Below, in pieces: positions 51,298-60,517 of a DNA stretch of 64,000 nt (the first letter of the stretch is position 1; each line of letters begins with the position of its first letter). The notes under the pieces are model-generated. The model did no database searches. It saw nothing but the letters and a program-made list of their open reading frames with translations, and had not been told where the DNA came from. Position numbers and translations under genes: made by a program. Origin of the DNA: an uncultured Candidatus Saccharibacteria bacterium (GTDB lineage: Bacteria > Patescibacteriota > Minisyncoccia > Ryanbacterales > GWA2-47-10b); NCBI GenBank assembly GCA_964356915.1, contig CAYHJF010000001.1, forward strand, positions 4,664 through 68,663, written 5' to 3'.

Positions 51298-51837
51298 ATG
51301 AGAATTGTCTGGCTCTTTTTCTTTTTAACACTCGTGTTACCCCGAGGCTTTGCTTTTGCTGATATGGGAGAGCAAATGGAGGGACTTATAATTTTCTTAA
51401 CTATAGGCACATCGCTTCTTCTTTTCTTCCCAGTACTTATGGCAACATCCTTGGTCCATATCCTTAAAAGAATTTTCAACAAATCTTCGGCTTTTATTAT
51501 GATCTTGGGGATTGGCTTTTTCGTAGCAATATGTCTAAGACTATTCATCCTTGGCGAACCAGAACACGCTATCGATTTTCCAGATTTTCTTGAACTTATT
51601 CAATTTCAAGCTTTTTGGATTATTGCATACCTCCCTGTTGCAATCGTCGTAGCGTTCATTTTTACAGTGGAAAGGGTACCCGAATTAGAAAGAATATCAT
51701 ACAAAAAGCTTTTTCTGGAACAACTGGCTCTTGGAAGCGCGATAGCATTATCCTCTTTGCTGCTCTATACAATAATTGAAACAACGAATCTATGTGATGT
51801 TACAAGTCTTTGTAACAAATTCTTACTATTTATATAA
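51298..51837 (+). CDS. hypothetical polytopic membrane protein
   Basis: 179 aa with about five TM helices. Confidence 0.5.
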   Translation: MRIVWLFFFLTLVLPRGFAFADMGEQMEGLIIFLTIGTSLLLFFPVLMATSLVHILKRIFNKSSAFIMILGIGFFVAICLRLFILGEPEHAIDFPDFLELIQFQAFWIIAYLPVAIVVAFIFTVERVPELERISYKKLFLEQLALGSAIALSSLLLYTIIETTNLCDVTSLCNKFLLFI

Positions 51838-51878
51838 TAAAGAGCAACATACAACTCAGCATTTCATTTTGAATAAAA

Positions 51879-51906
51879 AAGCACCGAATGATGGTGCTTT
51901 TTTATT
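51879..51906. terminator. bidirectional terminator
   Basis: AAGCACC-gaatgat-GGTGCTT hairpin followed by TTTTTTATTT. Confidence 0.6.
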
Positions 51907-53465
51907 TACACTATCTTACGATTCGAGATCGCGCTTGAACTTCTCATCTTCGGAGTTATCCAAAATCCCAACCGCCACTTACCTGAAATCATAAGTCGCG
52001 TTTGCGCCTCAAGCGCGGGAAATGCTCCGAAGAAAATAATCGTCAGCGGCATAAAAATCCATTGAAGCACCAACGAGGCCCGTTTTTTTGTATTATAATC
52101 ATCCTTTGTTTTTTGCAAAAGCGATTGCGCAATGATCGCTGACGTTACGATACCAAACATGGAAACGGTCATAATTGTCCGTGTAACTCGTGGCAACGAC
52201 CACGCAATAACTTGGCGTACAAACGTCCGTCCGCCCAAATACAATGGCAACCATCCGAGCGCAAACATAAGAAGTGCATTCGTAGACCATGACCAAAATC
52301 CTTCGAGCATACTAATGGTAAAACGAATTTTTTTACCAATCGGCACTTTGCGATTTTTAATAAACCCGAAAAGTACGTAGGGAACATTTTCTACTCCCCA
52401 CCCCCAGCGACGCTGCTGTTTATAAATGTTTTTTACTGTCTGCGTAAATGTCGGTGCCATATTGGCATCCATGGAAACAGGATACAGAAGCGGTACCGTC
52501 CGCCAATCACCGTCATAAAAAAGAAAATGATTCCAAAAAATACGCGAATCTTCGGAGACAATGTTTGTTTGCCAAAATCCTACATCGACAAGACTCTCAA
52601 ATGTCATCGAGTGAGAAGAAAATGTTGTAAGACGCTCAGGACGCTCTTGCTGCATCATCTGCCAAAATGTACCTGATGTCGCTACAACACGTGACAGCTG
52701 GCCTGCATCCCAAAGATTATTATGATAAAGCGGTACGGGCTGAAAGCTCGAACGATAAGGCTTCTCTGTGGTCAAAAAATGCCATGTAAGGCAAGTAAAA
52801 TAATGTGGGAAAAGACGCGTGTCCTCATCAAAGGAAGAAACAAGCACATCCTTATACGCGATCTGTTTTTGGTCGAGTAGTTTTTGTGCTTCGCGCGCCG
52901 CATACGTTTCATTCGAACCCTTCCCTCGCATCTCTCCTACAGTTCCAGCGGGATGATAGGTAATGAGAAACTCTCCGAAAGTGCGCGCAAAGAGTGAATA
53001 CATTTTCTCACCACTTGCATGCATCTCGAGCCCCTTATCTTCAAGCGCAAGCACCACAATCATCCGCTCTTTAGGCCACTGTGCCTCAGATAGTGAGCGC
53101 AGTGAGTCTTCGATAACATCAAAAGATTCCCCAGCACTCGGCACAATAACAAGTTGCCATACATGCTGCCATTGCATTTTCTCAAGCCGCGTTGCCCAAT
53201 TAACTTCTAAATGCTCCTGCATACGCTGCCAGCTTGAACGCAAATGAAATGAAAGATAAATCGTCTTAATGAGCCAGTAGAGATCGAAGACAATAATAAA
53301 CACTGCAACCCACGCAGGGCGCTTCCACGATAACAAAATAACTCCCACAATCGTGCCCCACGCAAGAAGCCCAGGCAACATTTCAAGGGCGCGATACAAA
53401 ATCCGATCTTTTCCTACAAGATCGGACGCACTCCCCGCATGAAGATATTCTTTCGGATATGACAT
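51906..53465 (-). CDS. membrane-embedded family-2 glycosyltransferase (processive, cellulose/chitin/hyaluronan-synthase-like)
   Basis: 519 aa with TM helices flanking a cytoplasmic GT-A domain. Contains a QQRRWGWG block resembling the QxxRW motif of processive GT2 synthases. Confidence 0.7.
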   Translation of the reverse strand: MSYPKEYLHAGSASDLVGKDRILYRALEMLPGLLAWGTIVGVILLSWKRPAWVAVFIIVFDLYWLIKTIYLSFHLRSSWQRMQEHLEVNWATRLEKMQWQHVWQLVIVPSAGESFDVIEDSLRSLSEAQWPKERMIVVLALEDKGLEMHASGEKMYSLFARTFGEFLITYHPAGTVGEMRGKGSNETYAAREAQKLLDQKQIAYKDVLVSSFDEDTRLFPHYFTCLTWHFLTTEKPYRSSFQPVPLYHNNLWDAGQLSRVVATSGTFWQMMQQERPERLTTFSSHSMTFESLVDVGFWQTNIVSEDSRIFWNHFLFYDGDWRTVPLLYPVSMDANMAPTFTQTVKNIYKQQRRWGWGVENVPYVLFGFIKNRKVPIGKKIRFTISMLEGFWSWSTNALLMFALGWLPLYLGGRTFVRQVIAWSLPRVTRTIMTVSMFGIVTSAIIAQSLLQKTKDDYNTKKRASLVLQWIFMPLTIIFFGAFPALEAQTRLMISGKWRLGFWITPKMRSSSAISNRKIV

Positions 53466-53744
53466 AACAAGAAAAATGAGGCAGCCTTTATATAGTCAAC
53501 TGCCTCGAGACTATACCGAGATTTGTAACCCATGAGTAGCCCATGCGCCATAGGTGCACTTACAAGCACTACAGGAAAACTCTGCGAATAAGCGCATCAC
53601 GCCATCGACAACACATCTTGTGACTTCAACGCGCAGGCCATGAATACATCTACCTACAAGAACCATGGATTCCACGGTACATACCTCCTACCACAACCGT
53701 AACAGAAAATACCCCTATTTTATAGAGGTATTTTCTTTATAGCA

Positions 53745-53784
53745 GTCCGCTCCCCTGGACTCGAACCAGGAACCGCCGAGGTAT
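53745..53784 (-). tRNA. 3' half of a split tRNA (anticodon-loop 3' part TATAC, variable loop, T-arm, acceptor 3' strand GGAGCGG+A)
   Basis: TATAC-CTCGG-CGGTT-CCTGG-TTCGAGT-CCAGG-GGAGCGG-A. The acceptor 3' strand is perfectly complementary to CCGCTCC at 53963-53969. Confidence 0.65.
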
Positions 53785-53827
53785 ATCTACGATCTGGAAG
53801 GTTCGCTCGGATCAACTGCAAATGTAT

Positions 53828-53900
53828 ATCCGCCTGCTTGGACTCGAACCAAGAACCCCCGAGGTATAAGCTCGGTGCTCTAACCATTGAGCTACAGGCG
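53828..53900 (-). tRNA. tRNA-Ile (anticodon UAU as encoded), complete, nested between the two halves of the split tRNA
   Basis: 73 nt: acceptor CCGCCTG/CAGGCGG+A, D-arm GCTC-AATGGTTA-GAGC, anticodon stem CCGAG/CTCGG with loop CTTATAC, T-arm CTTGG-TTCGAGT-CCAAG. Confidence 0.8.
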
Positions 53901-53933
53901 GACGCACATTTTCAATAATCATTCGCTGCCTTC

Positions 53934-53969
53934 CATAAGCTCAGTGCTCTAACCATTGAGCTAGGAGCG
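53934..53969 (-). tRNA. 5' half of a split tRNA (acceptor 5' strand CCGCTCC, D-arm, anticodon stem 5' strand and CTTAT)
   Basis: CCGCTCC-TA-GCTC-AATGGTTA-GAGC-A-CTGAG-CTTAT. The D-arm is identical to the nested tRNA. The fragment ends in the anticodon. Confidence 0.65.
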
Positions 53970-54002
53970 GATACGGACTATCACTAGTATAGTCCGCTCG
54001 AG

Positions 54003-55820
54003 CTATGCCGCAACCATCTTAGCAAACTCATCGCGCTCGATTGTTTCGTATTGAATGAGATGCTGTGCGATTGTTTCCAATTTTTCTCGGCGCGTCATAA
54101 GAATCTTTTTCGCTGACTCGTACGCCTTTTTCATGAATGACTGAACTTCTCTATCTATTTCTGAGGCAGTTTCTTCAGAAAAATTACGCTCTGAATGTAT
54201 CTCGCGTCCCAAAAATACCATGTCTGATTGCTCGCCAAATGTAATAGGACCGAGTTTCTTTGACATACCATATCGTTGGACCATATTGCGCGCGAGTGCA
54301 CTTGCCTTACGAATATCATCGGAAGCTCCCGTAGTCATCTCACCAAAAATAATTTCTTCGGCTGCATACCCACCAAGTGAAACCGCGAGTTCATCTAAGA
54401 AATGCTCGCGCGTATGAAGATGGCGATCGTGATCAGGTAATTTGAGCGTGTATCCAAGCGCGCGGCCACGAGAGATAATAGTCACCTTGTGAACAGGATC
54501 AGCATTTGGCAACGATGCGGCAACAAGCGCGTGTCCTGCCTCATGGTATGCTGTGATCTTTTTCTCTTTTTCTGTCAGAACAAAACTTTTGCGTTCAGGA
54601 CCCAAGAGCACCTTATCAATCGACTTCAAAATATCTTGCTCCGAAATTTCTTTTTTACTTGAACGAGCGGCAAGGATTGCTGCCTCATTGATAAGATTTT
54701 CAAGATCAGCGCCGGAAAATCCTGGAGTACGCTCCGCAACACGCTTGAGTCGTACACCAGACGCGAGAGGCTTTTGATGAGAGTGCACAGTCAAAATTGC
54801 TTCACGTTGCTTGATATCTGGCAAATCAAGAATAACACGGCGGTCAAAGCGCCCAGGACGCAATAATGCCGGATCTAATACGTCAGGACGATTTGTCGCA
54901 GCCATAATAATCACTTGATCGCGCGATTCAAAGCCATCCATCTCAACAAGGATTTGGTTCAATGTCTGCTCTCGCTCATCATGGCCACCGCCAAGCCCCG
55001 CGCCTCGCTGGCGACCAATCGCATCAATCTCATCAATAAAGATAATCGCGGGAGCAGCTTTTTTGCACGCGCGGAATAAATCGCGCACGCGTGATGCTCC
55101 GACTCCAACAAACATTTCAACAAACTCAGAAGCCGCGATATGAAAGAATGGTACACCCGCTTCTCCGGCAACCGCTCGAGCAAGCAAAGTCTTTCCTGTG
55201 CCCGGAGCTCCCATAAGAAGTACGCCTCGAGGAATGCGCGCACCGATATCAAAGAATTTTTTTGGATGCCGTAAAAATTCTACGATCTCTTTCAACTCCT
55301 CTTTCGCTTCATCAACACCAGCAACATCCTTAAAAAGAACTCTCTCTTTTGTATTATCAGGCGTAATTACTCGAGCGCGTGACTGACCAAATCCAAACGT
55401 CTGAACGTTGGCACGATTTACCTGACGACCCATGTACCAGAAAAATCCTACAAAAAAGAGAATCGTGATGAGTGTTGGAAGCGTCGCTCCAAGCCAAAAA
55501 AAGATACCTGATGGATTTTTTTCCGAGTGCGTAAAGCTCGCAAGCTTTTCTTGCGGAACACCGACATTTACCAATGTTTCAGTTAATGATGAACCCTCTT
55601 CTTTTTTAGATGTTCTTTTGGAATCATCCTTTAGGGTCACAAGTAAATCATTACCGGTAACAGCGATCTCTTTTACTTCATCCGCCTTAATCTTCTGCAC
55701 GAGCTCAGATAACGCAATATCTTGTACCTTTTGTGTGGAGCCAGCAACCATAGACCAAGCAAACGCAATCCCGATCAATATCAAGAAAACATAAGCGAAC
55801 TGTTTTGCAAAAATTCTCAT
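54003..55820 (-). CDS. ftsH: ATP-dependent zinc metalloprotease FtsH
   Basis: Two N-terminal TM helices, AAA+ Walker [19 protein letters not shown], second region of homology, and zinc-binding HEAGHA. Confidence 0.95.
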   Translation of the reverse strand: MRIFAKQFAYVFLILIGIAFAWSMVAGSTQKVQDIALSELVQKIKADEVKEIAVTGNDLLVTLKDDSKRTSKKEEGSSLTETLVNVGVPQEKLASFTHSEKNPSGIFFWLGATLPTLITILFFVGFFWYMGRQVNRANVQTFGFGQSRARVITPDNTKERVLFKDVAGVDEAKEELKEIVEFLRHPKKFFDIGARIPRGVLLMGAPGTGKTLLARAVAGEAGVPFFHIAASEFVEMFVGVGASRVRDLFRACKKAAPAIIFIDEIDAIGRQRGAGLGGGHDEREQTLNQILVEMDGFESRDQVIIMAATNRPDVLDPALLRPGRFDRRVILDLPDIKQREAILTVHSHQKPLASGVRLKRVAERTPGFSGADLENLINEAAILAARSSKKEISEQDILKSIDKVLLGPERKSFVLTEKEKKITAYHEAGHALVAASLPNADPVHKVTIISRGRALGYTLKLPDHDRHLHTREHFLDELAVSLGGYAAEEIIFGEMTTGASDDIRKASALARNMVQRYGMSKKLGPITFGEQSDMVFLGREIHSERNFSEETASEIDREVQSFMKKAYESAKKILMTRREKLETIAQHLIQYETIERDEFAKMVAA

Positions 55821-55904
55821 ACTCTCCGGAGTATATCAAAAACTCCCTAAAAAATAAAACGGCCCCGTCATCGCCATATTGCGATGCGGGGCACAGAAAG
55901 GATA

Positions 55905-56618
55905 TTACGCAGCCTCGTGCGGAAACGTCTCTATGGCGGACCAGAGCCCGTCGGCATACCGAACGAGAAAGCGCGGCAGTGTATCACCGATATTTGAAAC
56001 AAGGTTTACGGTATGCTTGATGACACCATCATCCTGATTGGGATTCGCCCACACGTGCGCATAGTCCCACGTCGCAAACAAAAACGTGGTAAGCACCTCA
56101 TGAAGCACGATCTCTTCGGGCGACTTGGTGAAACCAAGAACGATAACCGATTTGCCTTCGCGTTTCCCAGGCTCCAGATGACAGTCCGTCACCTTGAAAC
56201 CTATGGCAGCCAACTCGATGAGTAGATCGTTAACGGAAACACCGTCCTTAAGACCTCCCTCACCAAATACTGGTGTACCGGAAGCCTTACCAAACCTGTA
56301 GGCGTTCGGGTCGATACCGGCCCACCGCGCGCGCTCGACATGACGTCGCTCATCTTCTGCGCGATTCTCACGAGGTGACCAGACAACACCGGCCTCGCGC
56401 AGAAGTTCGGCTTGCTCGTCTTCGATCGTGTACCGAATGATGATGACGCTCGGTGCGGGAGCACGCTCGGTCGGTTGATCGCGATGTTTTCGGCACGCTG
56501 CCGTGAGACTTATAATGGGCATGATCGAGCGACATCGCCCAATTCCATTCTGATAAATACACGCGTACTGATGCTGAACGGGGACTTCGGACACAGGACC
56601 TCCTTGTTTAAGGGACAA
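55905..56618 (-). CDS. hypothetical protein (locally elevated GC, ~54%)
   Basis: 237-aa ORF with no recognisable motif. An imperfect terminator hairpin lies at about 55845-55893. Confidence 0.5.
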   Translation of the reverse strand: MSLKQGGPVSEVPVQHQYACIYQNGIGRCRSIMPIISLTAACRKHRDQPTERAPAPSVIIIRYTIEDEQAELLREAGVVWSPRENRAEDERRHVERARWAGIDPNAYRFGKASGTPVFGEGGLKDGVSVNDLLIELAAIGFKVTDCHLEPGKREGKSVIVLGFTKSPEEIVLHEVLTTFLFATWDYAHVWANPNQDDGVIKHTVNLVSNIGDTLPRFLVRYADGLWSAIETFPHEAA

Positions 56619-56688
56619 AAGTTCAAAAGAACCTTATCATATAATTGAATATTTGTCAATATCTTCCGCTCTCAGCCACGCTCACCAA

Positions 56689-56720
56689 AAAATACAAAAA
56701 AAATCCGGCTCACTGCCGGA
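56689..56720 (-). terminator. rho-independent terminator downstream of the 1195-aa gene
   Basis: TCCGGC-tcact-GCCGGA hairpin. The minus strand is followed by an 8-T run. Confidence 0.55.
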
Positions 56721-56741
56721 ATTTTCTTTCATATTATCTTA

Positions 56742-59700
56742 TTATTCCTTTGGAGAACGTCCTGGCTGTATATAATTAAAAGCTGGATCATGATTAAGTC
56801 TACCAAAACCTGTCGGACCATCGTTAATATCAAGCCCTCGTACAGGATTTTTACCGCGTAAGCCATCTGTATATTCTGCTACGTGACGTACTACCCGATC
56901 ATAAAGATGTCGCTTTGTCTCAGAAAACACGCGCCCGTCATCATCAAGTCCACGCATGACCTCCACTATAACGCGGCGCTTTTTATCAAACACTCGAACA
57001 ACATCTAACTCCCCGTCCATCTTTCCATCAGCGTCTGGCAAATCAAATCCTTCGATGCGGTCAAAAACCTTAAAGTTTTTCCATTCGGGACGCCCGCGAT
57101 CAAGTGCGTACCCCTTAAAATATGATGTTAAATCAACACGACCCGTAACTGCTCCATCTGGATGAATATATGTCTCCCATGCTGCTCCCTCAAATGGATT
57201 TTTTTCGAGACCATATGTAATCTCTGAGTGCTCGCCAACATTACCAAGGAGCGTTTCGCCCTCCGGCAACCCCGAAACGCTAGGTTCAAAAACATTATTT
57301 GTATCTGTGTTTGGCTGATCGAGTAACCCATCATCATTTGTCGGAACAACCTGCTCTCCTGGAGTTGATACTGCTACTTCGGGCGCTAAAACGCGTTGCG
57401 ACATTGTATGTACTCTTCCGCCTTCAGGAATATGTCCCGAACGCACGTCTCCTTTTGGAGAAAAGATTTCATAATCTCCGGCGGAATTTACTTTCAGCAC
57501 ATCTCCGGCATGTACAAGATTTGGCACGCGATCGTGAAGTACAAGATTGAAATCTTTCTTAGGGATCTTACTTAATATTCCATTGAGAACTTCGGGTTTA
57601 CTCATGTCGGGATCTGTGTGATGCTGTTCGCTCCATCCCTTTATCGCACGCTGTAATATATCGTGAGCTTGCCATGATTCAGGTGACTTGGGGTCAAAGT
57701 GAGCGCCACCCTTTTGCCCATACTCAACAAGATATTCCCCCACGACACGACGACTTACTAAACGCTCAATATCCGCGATCTTCAAACTACCCGGCTCAAC
57801 ACCAAGATATTTTGCTACACCCTCAGGACTTCTCTTATATAACTCAACGAGCGCCCTAATTGGAGAATCGCCCTTCTGAAGGGTATATGTTTCAAGCACA
57901 AACGATCCTGCGCTCGATTCATAATTAGGCTGCAATGAATCCAACGCTGTCTCCATCTCGGGCGTATAGTATCGTGGGGTGGCACCATATTTTGCAAGAA
58001 GTGCCTCAAGTATATGTTCACGTGTCACATCTCCAGTTGGCGAACAAACTAAATCTAACTTTCCTTCACGTAAAAAATAATCGTATTGTTCGCCAACCAT
58101 GCGAAAATCATTATCAAGCTCTCCAATTTCTGCTTTAAAGTCAGCGATCTGAACTTTATATTGCCCTGCCTGTTCTACATTTGTCTGAGTATCGGCAAGC
58201 CATCTTTGGAGCTCCTCTATCTTGCCGTTTCGTGATGCCATATTCCGCTCAATCTCATCCATACTATTCCGCAAAACACACGCGACTGCTTCGCGTTTTG
58301 CGCCAAGTTTTGAAACCGCTGCTTCCATCGCATCACTATATACTTCGGAATGAGATGCTGTGGGGTGTTGAACAAATGCTCCGACAGCAGAACCCGACCC
58401 ATGAGCTTCTATCGGATTAATAAATACGCCGTCTACAGAAGCTGGACGTTCTCCGCTAAATGCACCACCCGCTGAACCTCGCCCCATAGGAGCTACAAAT
58501 GAACCGCCAGCCGATCCTCGCTCAATAAACGTACCATCTGCTGAACCAGAATTTTCATCCAAAAATGCAGGGGGAGGATACCCGATAGAACCAGAGCTAC
58601 CTCCAGATGGAGGAACCGCACCGCCTCCACCAGAACCCATTATCCCGCCGTGCTCTGCCTGTCCATCGATCATGCGCGAAAGATAGTTACTTGCCGTCGA
58701 GAAACCCTTTTTTATAATCGGCACACCTTCTCGTACAGCGGTCTTCGCTCCCTCCACCACATGATAATCGAGGTCAGTCAGAGGATGACGATCAAAAAAT
58801 GAATATATGTTACTCCAAAACTTTAACCCAGCGCCCGCAGTAAGTCCGAGCGTTGCTCCTTTACCACCCTTCTCAAGAGTATATGCTCGCGCTGAATGAA
58901 GATCGACAACGCCTGCCTGTGAAATCATATTATCTGCATCGCGCAAAAATGACGCGTGAATGCGCATAACGCGCGCGAGCGCCTCATCTTTTTCAGTTCG
59001 CGATCGATGTGGGTTTTCTTCAATCGCCTGCACGCGTCCCGCAATCCAATCAGCGCGCGAACGCACATAACGATCCATGACGCGCTGAGTAAACGCAAAC
59101 GCGCTATATCCTTGTTCTCGTCGCCCCAATCGCTCCGCAATATTTGCCGCACTTTTCTTCTCGTATGTTTTACCTAAAGCTTCCGCACTCACTGGTCCGC
59201 CAGCAGAAGATTTTTTTGCTTCTTCATACAAAGCCCACGCTTCTTCAGCAGCTTCGTCTGCATCCTTTACGCGCAGCTCATCTTCTATATATGTTTCATT
59301 TTTAAAGCGCGCACCTTTTGCAGTCTCCCCAACTCGTCCCGCACTCATAGCAAGCATAAAAGGAGGCACTGCGTATCCTGCAGCGATTGCGCCCCATCGA
59401 AGCGGTTTACCTACAAGTGATCCGATACTCCCTACCCCGTACATCGCCTTGCGTACCGTACCCATATCTTCGTATGACAATCGTGACTTTTGTGTACGCT
59501 CAGCATTTTTATATGCGCCGTCACGAAGTTCTATCAAAAATCTTCCAACACTACTCTTTCTATATCGAGAAGGAATACGCTCGGCGATCGCATTGGTAAC
59601 CCACCCAAACCCTCGCTCAATATTTTCATTCAACCGATTCCCCAAATGGACAACGCCACGAGTCATGTCATCGCGACGCTTCGTATCAGCCGCTTGAGCA

Positions 59701-60329
59701 ACTTGCTCCCATGTCATTCCTACCGCATCCTGTATATTTATCTTTTTTTGTTCGATACCACGCGCGATCTCTGACCAGCTTTGCGCAAAATTAATTGGAC
59801 GAGGCGCTTCTGCCTGAACCGGCATCGATTCGGGTGCGACTATTGCCTCTGTAGCTGAAACTGGGCTTTCAACAACGATGCCTTCTGGAGCTGCTTTAGC
59901 AGAAACAGGATTTAAAACTTCTGAAACTTTTGGTACCTCTGGAACTATTGTTTTTTGCTCGAGTTGCTGAGTATTGAGCGTTGTATTTGTAACTACAGTA
60001 GAAGCTCCTGATGTCGTCGTGGAAGGCGCGGAAACCGTCGGATTAATTCTTTGCTTTTCCTCTTCACGCTTTTTTGCAATTGCTTCAGCAATACCTGCAA
60101 ACGATGCTGGGCTTACAGGTAAAATATCATCCGTATCAAGTACCGGAGCATTCTCAGGAAGACCCGCTCCTTTTGTTACTCGCACTCCTTCTGGCGCAAT
60201 CGTAATATCAGGAGCATCGATATGCTCCGCTTGTTCACGAATCTGTCCCGTAAGCGCCTCTAAATCTGCATCGGGCGCAATATCAGGACGTTCTTGTTCT
60301 GGCACGTTTGTCGACGGACCTTCATTCAT
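56742..60329 (-). CDS. giant hypothetical protein (1195 aa) with disordered N-terminus and a Gly/Ser-rich degenerate repeat block
   Basis: Single uninterrupted ORF. The N-terminal ~200 aa is Pro/Glu/Ala/Thr/Ser-rich low complexity. The central block has five degenerate x-G-G-x-F repeats (ADGTFIE, AGGSFVA, AGGAFSG, VDGVFIN, AVGAFVQ). No signal peptide or TM helix recognised. Confidence 0.7.
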   Translation of the reverse strand: MNEGPSTNVPEQERPDIAPDADLEALTGQIREQAEHIDAPDITIAPEGVRVTKGAGLPENAPVLDTDDILPVSPASFAGIAEAIAKKREEEKQRINPTVSAPSTTTSGASTVVTNTTLNTQQLEQKTIVPEVPKVSEVLNPVSAKAAPEGIVVESPVSATEAIVAPESMPVQAEAPRPINFAQSWSEIARGIEQKKINIQDAVGMTWEQVAQAADTKRRDDMTRGVVHLGNRLNENIERGFGWVTNAIAERIPSRYRKSSVGRFLIELRDGAYKNAERTQKSRLSYEDMGTVRKAMYGVGSIGSLVGKPLRWGAIAAGYAVPPFMLAMSAGRVGETAKGARFKNETYIEDELRVKDADEAAEEAWALYEEAKKSSAGGPVSAEALGKTYEKKSAANIAERLGRREQGYSAFAFTQRVMDRYVRSRADWIAGRVQAIEENPHRSRTEKDEALARVMRIHASFLRDADNMISQAGVVDLHSARAYTLEKGGKGATLGLTAGAGLKFWSNIYSFFDRHPLTDLDYHVVEGAKTAVREGVPIIKKGFSTASNYLSRMIDGQAEHGGIMGSGGGGAVPPSGGSSGSIGYPPPAFLDENSGSADGTFIERGSAGGSFVAPMGRGSAGGAFSGERPASVDGVFINPIEAHGSGSAVGAFVQHPTASHSEVYSDAMEAAVSKLGAKREAVACVLRNSMDEIERNMASRNGKIEELQRWLADTQTNVEQAGQYKVQIADFKAEIGELDNDFRMVGEQYDYFLREGKLDLVCSPTGDVTREHILEALLAKYGATPRYYTPEMETALDSLQPNYESSAGSFVLETYTLQKGDSPIRALVELYKRSPEGVAKYLGVEPGSLKIADIERLVSRRVVGEYLVEYGQKGGAHFDPKSPESWQAHDILQRAIKGWSEQHHTDPDMSKPEVLNGILSKIPKKDFNLVLHDRVPNLVHAGDVLKVNSAGDYEIFSPKGDVRSGHIPEGGRVHTMSQRVLAPEVAVSTPGEQVVPTNDDGLLDQPNTDTNNVFEPSVSGLPEGETLLGNVGEHSEITYGLEKNPFEGAAWETYIHPDGAVTGRVDLTSYFKGYALDRGRPEWKNFKVFDRIEGFDLPDADGKMDGELDVVRVFDKKRRVIVEVMRGLDDDGRVFSETKRHLYDRVVRHVAEYTDGLRGKNPVRGLDINDGPTGFGRLNHDPAFNYIQPGRSPKE

Positions 60330-60409
60330 ACTGTGTAGTATATCAAAGTAAAATATAAATTGACATGAAAAAAATCTGTGGGGAAAAATTTCTCACAGAT
60401 TATTTAAAA

Positions 60410-60460
60410 AAATCCCGCCTAAAAACGAAACGCCCCGAGAAGATTGCTCTTCTCGGGGGC
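60410..60460 (-). terminator. terminator hairpin at the low-GC/high-GC junction
   Basis: GCCCCGAGAAG-attgct-CTTCTCGGGGGC (bulged) followed on the minus strand by GTTTCGTTTTT. Confidence 0.5.
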
Positions 60461-60517
60461 TGGGTCTTCGCGCGTTGACGAAGAACGTTGAGTTGATGTT
60501 GTTGTTGCTGGTGTCGG

